Shown piece after piece: positions 10,070 to 19,186 of a stretch of DNA of 64,000 nt. Within the stretch, counting starts at the first letter, position 1, and the number at the start of each line of letters is the position of its first letter. The notes below the pieces were generated by a model. That model did not search any database. It worked only from the letters and a program-made list of their open reading frames with translations, and had not been told where the DNA came from. The DNA is from Thecamonas trahens ATCC 50062 (taxonomy: Eukaryota; Protista; Apusomonadida), in contig NW_013657615.1 in the NCBI RefSeq assembly GCF_000142905.1, forward strand, positions 124,001-188,000. Direction: 5' to 3'. The translations under genes were made by a program, and so were the position numbers.

Positions 10070-12061
10070 ATGCGCTGGTCGAGCCAAAAATGGAGTCCGG
10101 CGGAGGTGGCGGCGGTCATGGCGATGGCGGTGGTGGTGGTCACCTGTGCTGCGGTGGTGTGGTGGCCAGCAGCAGACGGCTCGTTCACCTTTGATGACAA
10201 CTCGGCCATTGTCCACTCGCCGGTCCTTGGCAGCATGCGCAAGCCGCAAACCTCGGCCATATATGCCTCTCGATTTGATGCATGGCGCGCCATCGGCTAC
10301 ACAGACTTTTGGGGCTCTCGCATGGACCATCCCTCATCTCATCGCTCCTATCGGCCGATCACCGTCGCCTCTTTTGCCCTGCAAACTCTCGCCGATCCCG
10401 CGCATCTCCCCAACCCGCGGCCCTTCCTCATCGCCAACATTGCCCTGCATCTGGCTGCTTCGCTCCTGGCTGGCGTTGCCCTCGCCGCTACGCTTGGTGA
10501 GCTCGTTGCCTTCCATCCGGACGACCGCGCATGGATCCCTCATCTTGCAGCCGCCGTTGCCCTCGTCTTTGCCCTGCACCCGCTCCACACCGAGGCCGTT
10601 GCCTCGGTCGTCGGCCGCGCCGAGAGTCTGGCGGCGATCGGTATGTTTGGCTCAGCGACTGCCGCCACTGCTCATCGCCACAGCCTCGCCATCGGTCTCG
10701 GCCTCGCCGGCGCACTCGCCAAGGAGTCGGGCGTGATGGTCCTGGCCCTCAACGCTGCGCTCGCGCTGTGGCGTCGTGAGCGATGGCTATCCATCGCTGC
10801 TCATATTGCAGCGGCAGCAGCCATGGTTGTGCTCACCCGAGTGGTGTTGCCGGGGAGCGCCGCCCGCGAGCACGGCCTGCTTGCCGGGCCTCCGCTGGCG
10901 TTCATCGACAACCCGATCGCCTTTGAATCGTCGGTCATCCGGCGGACACTGTCGTACATGTATATCCATGCGCGCTACTTGGCGCTGATGGTCGCACCGG
11001 TCACGCTCTCAGCCGACTACTCGTACAACGTAATTCCGCCGGTGGCTCCAACCGAGGCGCGAGCGGCGGTGGGTGTGGCCGTCTATGCCGCGCTTGCCGC
11101 GATGTCGGCGTGGGTGCTGGTCCTTGTCCTTCCGCGCCGTCGCTTGTCAATCGCCGACGCGGGACTCGTCGTTGGTCTTGGGTGGCTCGTTGTCCCGTTT
11201 CTGCCCGCGTCGTCGGCGGTGGCCACCCTAGCGACGGTCATCGGGGAGCGACTGGCATACACGCCGCTTGCCGGGTTTCTTCTCCTTGCAGCCTCTGTAG
11301 CGCTCCGACTGCGGCGGTCGCCGATCATGCTCTGGACGCTGGTCGTCGTTGCGGTGGCGCTATGCGTGCCGCGGACACGGACCCGCATCGCCGACTGGCG
11401 CGACAATCGTGCCGTTTTCAGCTCGGTCGTCCGCGAGTATCCCGCCGCCGCCAAGGCGCTGCTCTCACTCGGCGTGGTCGAGGTGCAGGCTGGCAATCGC
11501 ACCGCAGCGCGCCCACTGTTCGAAGCAGCCATCAAGGTCTATGCCAACTACTCGGAGGCCCACTACTGCCTCGGCAAGCTTGCGCTGGAGCTCGGCGACG
11601 TCGCTATTGGTCAGCGTCATCTCGAGCGCGCGCTGGCCATCGAGCGGACCCACGCCGGTGCGCTCTTCGAGTACGGCACCATGCTGGCCGGCCAGGCGCA
11701 GAGCGCCATGACGAGCGCGCCCGCGCGCGGCAAGGAGCTCCTGGAGCAAGCCAAGACCGTGCTCCGCCGTGCCATCAAGGCCCGGCCGTCGCTCGCCGAC
11801 GGGTACGTCAACCTCGCGACGGCCGAGCTCCTTGGAGGCGATGCTGCCGCCGCCGTTCCGCTCTACCGTCAGGCCCTTGTCCGCGATCCGCTCTCTGTCT
11901 CTGCCCACGTTCATCTCGCTCTTGCGCTCGTCTCGCTCCCGGCCAACGATGCTGCCGAGGCCTGCACACTCGCGGCGTCGATCCCTCGTCTCCCTGGCTG
12001 GTCGTTCTCGCGGCGGCTGTACGAAGCGTCCTACCAGGTAGTCGTTGCCCGCTGTGGGTAG
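10070..12061 (+). CDS. TMTC: TMTC-family protein O-mannosyltransferase (GT-C TM domain + TPRs)
   Basis: FTFDD, DFWG...SHRSYRPIT, FALHPLHTEAV...VGRAE, KESG, DNP, LSADYS, GERLAY motifs, followed by C-terminal TPRs. Confidence 0.9.
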   Translation: MRWSSQKWSPAEVAAVMAMAVVVVTCAAVVWWPAADGSFTFDDNSAIVHSPVLGSMRKPQTSAIYASRFDAWRAIGYTDFWGSRMDHPSSHRSYRPITVASFALQTLADPAHLPNPRPFLIANIALHLAASLLAGVALAATLGELVAFHPDDRAWIPHLAAAVALVFALHPLHTEAVASVVGRAESLAAIGMFGSATAATAHRHSLAIGLGLAGALAKESGVMVLALNAALALWRRERWLSIAAHIAAAAAMVVLTRVVLPGSAAREHGLLAGPPLAFIDNPIAFESSVIRRTLSYMYIHARYLALMVAPVTLSADYSYNVIPPVAPTEARAAVGVAVYAALAAMSAWVLVLVLPRRRLSIADAGLVVGLGWLVVPFLPASSAVATLATVIGERLAYTPLAGFLLLAASVALRLRRSPIMLWTLVVVAVALCVPRTRTRIADWRDNRAVFSSVVREYPAAAKALLSLGVVEVQAGNRTAARPLFEAAIKVYANYSEAHYCLGKLALELGDVAIGQRHLERALAIERTHAGALFEYGTMLAGQAQSAMTSAPARGKELLEQAKTVLRRAIKARPSLADGYVNLATAELLGGDAAAAVPLYRQALVRDPLSVSAHVHLALALVSLPANDAAEACTLAASIPRLPGWSFSRRLYEASYQVVVARCG

Positions 12062-12085
12062 TTTACAGTAAGCAGCAAGCTGCCA

Positions 12086-13414
12086 TCACACAATCCCCGA
12101 GTCCGAGCCCGAGCCCGAGCCCGAACCCGAGCCCGACTTTGACCTCGACGCGATCGAGTCCGCTGCAGATGCCGAGGTCGAACCCGACGGCGCCGCCGGC
12201 GGCGTGATGACGCCCGAGCCGACCGGAGTCAGCCGCGCCACGTCGCCGCTCGAGCTCGCGCTCGAGTGAGCAACAACAACAGAGATAAAACGAGTGTGGA
12301 CTTCTTGGGCTTGCAGCATGTACTCCCCGTACGACGGCGAGAACGAGTGGTAGGTGTCGGCAATGACGTCGCCAATGCAAAAGACGTCCAGAAACGCCGA
12401 TCCGAGCCGCTGGCCGTAGTCGGGCGCGCAGCAGCAAATGCAGCGGCAGCAGCGGCAGAGCGTGCCCAGCTCCTCCGCCACCACCAGCGCCTCCTCGTCG
12501 TCGAGCTCCGAGTAGCCGCCCGAGCCAGCGCCAGCGCCAAGACCGGCGGCCGAGCCGTCGCCGTTCCCACGGTCGCTGCCGGCGCTAGCGCCGCCATCGC
12601 GAAACTCGGTGTAGGAAAAGGCGAACCAGTGGACAAAGGCAAAGAGCAGCATCTCGACGCAGAGGATAAAGTTGTCCCACGCCTCGGCATCCTCCTTGGG
12701 CACGGGCAGCAGCGCAACAGCGAGCGACTGCCAATAGGTGAGGAAGACGACCGATTTGACGGCGACAAACTTGCGGATGGGGTGGTGCGGAGCAAGATGG
12801 AGGCGGGTGCCGAGGTAGAACAGATACAGTTCGTAGAGGGCGTATGTGAACGAGATGTTGTAGACAACAAGCAGGCCGGCCTGGTAGGCCGTGCTCTCGT
12901 AGTAGCCGAGGACTAGCATGGCGAGCGAGAGGGCGGCGCAGACGGGCTTGACAATGACAAACTGGATGACGCCCTGCTTGCATGCACGGAGAAAGGTGGA
13001 CGATCCAACATTGATGGGCTTGAGCCAGCAGAGTGGCCATGGATGGCGCATCTCTCCGGGACTCACCCGCATGGCAAGGACAATGGCCGAGTCACCGCCG
13101 CCGTAGCCAATCATGAGGTGGAGGAAGCAGTAGAGGACCCACGCCTCGTACAGGTCGCGAACAGTTGCAAAGTACAGGGCGTAGTTGGGATACAGCAGCG
13201 ATAGCAACGATCCGAGGGCAAAGACAGGCACAATCAACAGAATGCGGACAGAGTATCGTTGCAGTGCCTTGTGTGTGTAGTGGTGGAGGTGAAGGAACGA
13301 ATGGACGAGCGAGACCACAATGCCAAGCGCCGCAGCACACACCGCAATGCCCACAGCCGTCGAGCTCCCGGCAAAGCTCTCCACCTCTTCTACGCTCACC
13401 CCTACACTCACCAT
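12086..13414 (-). CDS. TMEM184: TMEM184/OST-alpha family membrane protein
   Basis: QRYSVRILLIVPVFA, RDLYEAWVLYCF, QFVIVKP, PIRKFVAVKSVVFLTYWQ, NFILCVEM. Confidence 0.9.
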   Translation of the reverse strand: MVSVGVSVEEVESFAGSSTAVGIAVCAAALGIVVSLVHSFLHLHHYTHKALQRYSVRILLIVPVFALGSLLSLLYPNYALYFATVRDLYEAWVLYCFLHLMIGYGGGDSAIVLAMRVSPGEMRHPWPLCWLKPINVGSSTFLRACKQGVIQFVIVKPVCAALSLAMLVLGYYESTAYQAGLLVVYNISFTYALYELYLFYLGTRLHLAPHHPIRKFVAVKSVVFLTYWQSLAVALLPVPKEDAEAWDNFILCVEMLLFAFVHWFAFSYTEFRDGGASAGSDRGNGDGSAAGLGAGAGSGGYSELDDEEALVVAEELGTLCRCCRCICCCAPDYGQRLGSAFLDVFCIGDVIADTYHSFSPSYGEYMLQAQEVHTRFISVVVAHSSASSSGDVARLTPVGSGVITPPAAPSGSTSASAADSIASRSKSGSGSGSGSGSDSGIV

Positions 13415-13666
13415 CTCTCTGTCCTGCGAGTCAGCTGTTGCCGGTCCCCCCCCCCCCCCTCTTCATGGCTGCCCGTCTTGCCTTCCCCGAGCGCGCCAGA
13501 TCAGACCCATGCACCGTGATCACCCACGTTTTTGCCGTTTCCAGCTAAAAGCCGCGAAAACTCAACGATCACATTACCCTCCCGCCGCTGGCCTCTGCTT
13601 CCACCACACGCACACCCCGCTCACCACAGGCACCACTCGACGTCGAGCACGACGCCCTGGCACTTT

Positions 13667-14733
13667 ATGCAAACGTCGGGCGCCATCAACGCGCTTGCGC
13701 TTCCCAAGGGCTCCAAGCTTGCATGCGAGCTCTGCGGCGAGGCAGCGCGCGTGCTCTGCCCCTGTGCAAGGTCACCTCGTACTGCTGCATGGAACACCAG
13801 GAGACCGACTGGGTGGGCATCCACGGGAAGATCTGCGGCCTCCTTGCTGCGCTTCGGTCTCCGCCGGGCTTTCTGGGCTCGGAGGAGGAACGTGCGGCGC
13901 GTGCGGCTGAGGAGGATGAGCTCAAGCACGAGCTGCTGGCGGTGGCGCGGCGGGAGGGCCACCGGCTGCTGTACGAGGGCCACAACGAGCGGGCCATGCC
14001 GGCAGCACTGCACTCGCTCCGCTTTGCCATCGAAATCTATGGCCCGGACCACATCGATCTTGTGCCGTCGTACCTGCTGCTAGGTGAGGCCTCGATCGGG
14101 CTCGACCGGTTCTCGGCCGGCGAGCGGTACCTCTCGCTCGCCCGTTGGGCTGTCCTCAAGACGCCCGACTGCCCCAAGATCATTCTTGCCCAGCTTCACC
14201 GCAACTTTGGTCTCCTCTACGCCGCCCAGGGCAAGCACGGCGAGGCGCTCAAGGAGCTCGCAGAGGACGTGTACTACTCGTCGAGCGTGTTTGGGCCCAA
14301 GCACATCAACGCCACCACCGGCCACTTTCAGATGGGCAACGTCTTCCTGCAGCTCAACAAGCAGCCGGCCGCGCTCGCCGTCTTTGAGCTGGTCACCTCG
14401 GTCTGGCGCACCTATCTCACGGCTGCCTTTAACGATCCGGCCTTCCTCGCCGCCAACCCCATCGACGAGGCCAAGCAGGCCGAGGCCATGCAGATGCTTC
14501 TCCGCATCGCCGCTGTTCGTGAGGACATCTTTGGCCCGCACGCCGAGCCGTTTGGCGAGCTCAACTTTGTCCTCGCCCTCCTCCACCACTTTCTCGGCAA
14601 CCTCGCCAAGGCCGCTACCTACGCCTCCACAGCCCTCCAGGTCTACCACGCCCAGGAGAAGGTCTCCGCCGACGTCACCGACGAGATCGAGGCCCTCATC
14701 GCCGCCATTGACGACGAGATTGCCGCCGCTTAG
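13667..14733 (+). CDS. ZMYND12: ZMYND12 (MYND finger + TPR-like), apparent 1-nt deletion at 13759-13762
   Basis: Frame 1 INALALPKGSKLACELCGEAARVLCP joins frame 2 LCKVTSYCCMEHQETDWVGIHGKIC...PAALHSLRF...LVPSYLLLGEA...LHRNFGLLY if the C4 run is C5. Confidence 0.85.
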
Positions 14734-14873
14734 TCACCGTCTCTTGCCCTCCCGACAAACGCCACAATCCGCAGCCATGCTAGCCGCCCACCACAGCCCA
14801 AGCCATAGCTAGAGCCAGAGGCTGAGCAGACTGCCGTCGCCGACGGCCACACCCGTCTCTGCCCTCACCCACC

Positions 14874-15375
14874 ATGTCCCAGTCCACGGCATCACCGGTC
14901 GACCCGCTCCTTGCGGTCCCTGAGGAGGTTCCCGAGAACGACGAGATGAAGGACGACCTTGCTGAGCTTCTCAACATGCTCGCCATGATGATGGGCGCAT
15001 CCGGTCTCATGATGCGGGTACGTGGCGGTGGTGGTGGCATCCCCGACTTTGGCGCTGGCCCGTTGCTCTTGGCCGGACGGCTGGTCTATGGGCTATGGGT
15101 GAGAGCAGCAGACATGACATATGGAATGAGAGAGAGAGGGTGTGTGCAGGGGAAGGAGGGTATGTGGTTGCACAGGGCGTGTACTCATGGGTGGCTGTGT
15201 ACCGGTGGAGAAACAGTGGAAGTGGATGTGCTGGGGCTCGCTCTTCGCATGCGTCTACAACCTCTGCAACGCGCGCAAGATCGACTACAAGAACACCCTT
15301 ATGCAGCTCATGTTTGCCCTCGCCGGCCTCTTCATCAACTACCTTGCGCCGCCGCCGCCGCAAAAGGCCGCATGA
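14874..15375 (+). CDS. WDR83OS: Asterix/PAT10 (PAT complex subunit); exons 14874-15017, 15217-15375
   Basis: Spliced product LLNMLAMMMGASGLMMR|WKWMCWGSLFACVYNLCNAR...LMQLMFALAGLFINYL. Phase-0 intron GTACGT..AAACAG. Confidence 0.8.
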
Positions 15376-15562
15376 TCCATCCATCGGCCTCCCCCCCCCC
15401 CCCCCCCCCCCCGTCCCCCCCCTCGCTTGCCACCTCCACCTCCACCTCACCGATCTCCCCTCATCATCTCCCCATCGTCATCGCTCTCCTGCACCATCTC
15501 GTGCTCTCCGAGACGATTCTCTGTAAAGATCTCTCGTGCGCCTCTCGACGTTTACAGGCGAT

Positions 15563-16103
15563 TCAGATCCGAGCGGTCTTCATCAGCAGGCGGCCCTGGC
15601 GGTACTTGAGCTGGCCGACGACCTCCTCCAGAGCCTGGATGCGATCCAGTAGCTCCTTGCGGAGAGTCATGAGGTCCTCCATCGAGACCGGCTCCTCGGC
15701 CAGGTTCTGCATGCCAGCCAGCGGATCGACCGCCACTGATCCAGTCCGCCCGAGATCGTGGGCTTCCTCCGGCAGCTCGGCTCCGGCCGCATTGGCAGCC
15801 TCGATCTTCTCCTTCAGCTTGAGCAGCGCTTCGTGGTCCTTGCGCGAAAAGTACTCGTTCTGCATCCGAAAGTTGTCCCCATGTAGGAAGATGTGGTGAG
15901 TGTGCGTCATGGCTTGCAGCAAATTTTTACCTCCCACCCCCACCCGCACACATCCCCCCTCCCGAACATACCTCAATGGAACGCTCACGCTTTCTGAAGG
16001 CACCGCTGGTGTCAAAGCGGACGAGGGCAGCTGGTGCAGCAGAGCGCATCGCGCCAGCGGTGGCGGCAGCAAGGCGGGAGGCAACGAGAGTGGAGCGAAG
16101 CAT
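15563..16103 (-). CDS. ATPIF1: Mitochondrial ATPase inhibitor IF1-like; exons 16103-15972, 15859-15563
   Basis: Presequence-like MLRSTLVASRLAAA, then GAFRKRERSIE|NEYFSRKDHEALLKLKEK (IF1 GAFxKRExAxExxYFR motif). Phase-0 intron GTATGT..TGCAG. Confidence 0.8.
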
Positions 16104-16269
16104 GATCAGAGGATGTGTTTGCGTGTGTGTACGGGGGAGATGTGGTCCGCGAGTCGTGTGACAAAGCCATTCTCAGAGACTGCGTGTAACCAACGCTGGT
16201 TTTGTGGCCACCGCAGCTGGGTCAGTTTGGGACAGCCGGCGGCTGGGTCTGCTGCGTTGAGACGAGGGC

Positions 16270-18296
16270 TTATAGCAGGCGGGCGGTGTCGGGAACGTCA
16301 GCGAGGGCCTCGCCGAGGGTCGTGGCCTCGGCGGGGGTGGCGGCGTCGTCAAGATCACTGCTGTTGTCGGACCAGCGCGAGGCGTCGATGAGGCCAGCGG
16401 CGTCGTCGGACGATGCGGACGAGCTGGCTTGTGACGACAGAGGGAGGAGCGAGACGACGGCGAGGCCAAGCTTGAATCGCGCGAGTGCCGCGTGGGCTAC
16501 AAAGCCGTCTGCGTCGGTGGCCGGGCTCGGTCGCGCCGGCATTGCCAGGACCACAAACTCGAGCGACCGCGCCACGTCACCGTTGGCCTTGTACTCGAAC
16601 GCCGGGATGGTCGAGGAAACGCGCGGGCGGGCGCGGGTGATCGGCGGGGCGGCCGGCGCAGAGAGTAGCGGGACGACCTCATCGCTTGCACTAGCAGCGT
16701 CGCTGTTGGGAGCGGCGTCGGCGTCGGCGGCGGGAGCCGCGCCTGGATGCGGCGCAGCGAGGGTCTTGGCCGCCGGCGCCAGCACCGGGTTGAGCACCGC
16801 ACCAGAGGCGGCGTCGAGGTGGACGACAAACCACTCGATGTCTTCGGGCGAAAACCGCCGCGCGGCGCGCTGTCGGGCGATGACTCGCATCAGTGCGAAC
16901 CGCCGCATCGTCGCCTGCGAGGTGACCAGCTGGACGGTGACAAGGCACATGCAGACAAGAAAGAGGGCAATGAGGACAGCAAAGAAGAGAGTGATGACAG
17001 CCACCATGGCTGGCGGCTGGGCGTCGGTGGCGCCGGCGGACACACCAGCATGAACCACGTTGTGTTGCCGCGGCCGTACGTCGGCTGCCGATACGAGACA
17101 CCAGAGCGGGCGACGCTCGGCAGAGTGCCGGGGAGCAGAGGCACCACCGCGCCGGCGGCGACGTCCGGCTCGTCCACGGCCTCGGGCTCGTCCCAGCACG
17201 AGCCAACGCGCGAGGCGTTGGTCAAGCCCGGAAAGACCATGCACGGCTGCGGGAGAATGCGCGAGAAGGTCTGGACGGTGGCGGGGCGGAAGAGGTCAAA
17301 GACGTTTGAGGCGTTGACGACAATGGACTCGGGCGCGTCGCACGAGTACTGGTCGCACGGAGTCGAGCCGGCCTGGAAGGGGCCGTACTCGGGGTCCAGC
17401 GTCATGCCGGGATCGGCCATCTCGCAGTAGGTGCCGACGCGGCCGGGCTGGCACAGGCACGTCCGCGAGGACATGATGCACTGGCCGGCGTAGAAGCAGT
17501 TGAACGGACACGGTGAAAAGGTGAAGGAGAGCTGGAAGCCGCGGTCGGCCATGGCCTCGTCCGAGACAAAGACAACGGCGAGAGCGCCCGAGGTGGAGAC
17601 CAGGGCATCCGGAGTGTACATGCCCGAGTACATGCCCACCAGCGGAGCATCGTCCAGCCCGTTTCCGATCTCGTAGACATAGACAAAGTCCCATCCGCAC
17701 TCGAGCGCAATCATATGAAAGTAGAGAGTGAGGAAGAGCTCGGGCGGCGAGCCGTCTTCTCCGACGAGCGCCCCGGGCGAGGTGATGTGCCACACGCACG
17801 TCATCATGTTCCCGTAATCGCCCGATCCGTCACTGATCATGCCCGACTGCTGATTGAGGACGACCGGTTCACCGTTGCAGGCATTGCCATCTGCCGCCTT
17901 GCCACCGCCCGCCACCGCCCACTCTCTCGGCAGCTGCTGCGGGGCGACCGGGCGACGACCGTGGCGGGCGGAGTGTGGAAGGTCGGCTTGCGGCGGGGAG
18001 TGAGCCGTGTTGGTGCGAGGAAGACGATCATGTACCCGAGTGGGTGCAAGAAGAGGATCATTTCCATGACTGTATGTTCCCTGAACTCTTTCATGAGTAT
18101 ACCCCAGGCCAACAGAGCCTTGAGAAGGTGGAGGTGGCGCAAGGTGGCCAGCCTCTCCACGGTCACCACTCTGCACGGCCATGGCCACCGCGGCGAGTAC
18201 GGCGACGACAGCAAGGCGCACAAGCCACAGCGGATGCACAGCGACATGCATGTGGTGCTGCTGTGGGCTGTCTGCCCTCGCCATACCCACAGGCAT
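16270..18296 (-). CDS. CUB + EGF single-pass membrane protein with attractin-like tail; apparent 1-nt deletion near 17001
   Basis: Signal peptide, CUB (SGMISDGSGDYGNMMTCVWHI...LECGWDFVYVY...LAVVFVSD...GF) and EGF (CPFNCFYAGQC...CLCQPGRVGTYC) in one frame. TM AVITLFFAVLIALFLVCMCLV and the tail are in the adjacent frame. Start may be 18296, 18284 or 18251. Confidence 0.7.
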
Positions 18297-18323
18297 GGGC
18301 TTACAGATGCGTGTGGTCACCTG

Positions 18324-18633
18324 TCCCACTTTTCCCCTCCCTTGACTGCGGCTCGTGCCGACGATGGGGACAGCAACGAGGGGAAGGGGAGGGGGCACAG
18401 AGCAGCCGATCCCCATCCCCATCATCACCAGGCACCCCCCATCCCCCATCCCCATCATCACCAAGGCACCCCCATCCCCCATCCCCATCATCCCACTTTT
18501 CCCCTCCCTTGACTGCGGCTCGTGCCGACGATGGGGACAGCAACGAGGGGAAGGGGAGGGGGCACAGAGCAGCCGATCCCCATCCCCATCATCACCAGGC
18601 ACCCCCCATCCCCCATCCCCATCATCACCAAGG
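18324..18633. repeat. Direct duplication with 167-bp period
   Basis: TCCCACTTTTCCCCTCCCTTGACTGCGG...CATCACCAAGG starts at 18324 and again at 18491. Confidence 0.9.
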
Positions 18634-18837
18634 TACCCCTCATCCACCATGATAACGTATCTGATGACGACTATTTGTCACCCCCACCTGTCCTTTGGGC
18701 TAGTGATCAAGAACCACTCCTACGAAGACTGCTAATTATTGCTGCTACCGACGCAGTTTGACACTACCACTCTCCAGGACCACGACTACGTCCAAGTCCC
18801 ACTCGCGGTATTCGAAGTTTATCAAACTCGACCAGTG

Positions 18838-18937
18838 NNNNNNNNNNNNNNNNNNNNNNNNNNNNNNNNNNNNNNNNNNNNNNNNNNNNNNNNNNNNNNN
18901 NNNNNNNNNNNNNNNNNNNNNNNNNNNNNNNNNNNNN
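18838..18937. other. Assembly gap (100 N)
   Basis: Run of N. Confidence 1.
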
Positions 18938-19186
18938 CCCCACTCCCACTCCCCACTCCCCACTCCCCACTCCCCATCCCCATCCCCCCCCCCCATCTAC
19001 AATGTGATGCGATGCAATGTCTCGGCCTGCCACCCATCCTTGCCCTTCCACCACGTGGCCGAGTGGCCGTCAGCCAGAGAGAGTTCATGACGTCGGCGAA
19101 GAGGTCAGCGAAGACGACAACGACGACGACGACGACGACAACGACGACGGCTGTGCGGTAGAGCAGCACACCGCACTCACCTCAGC

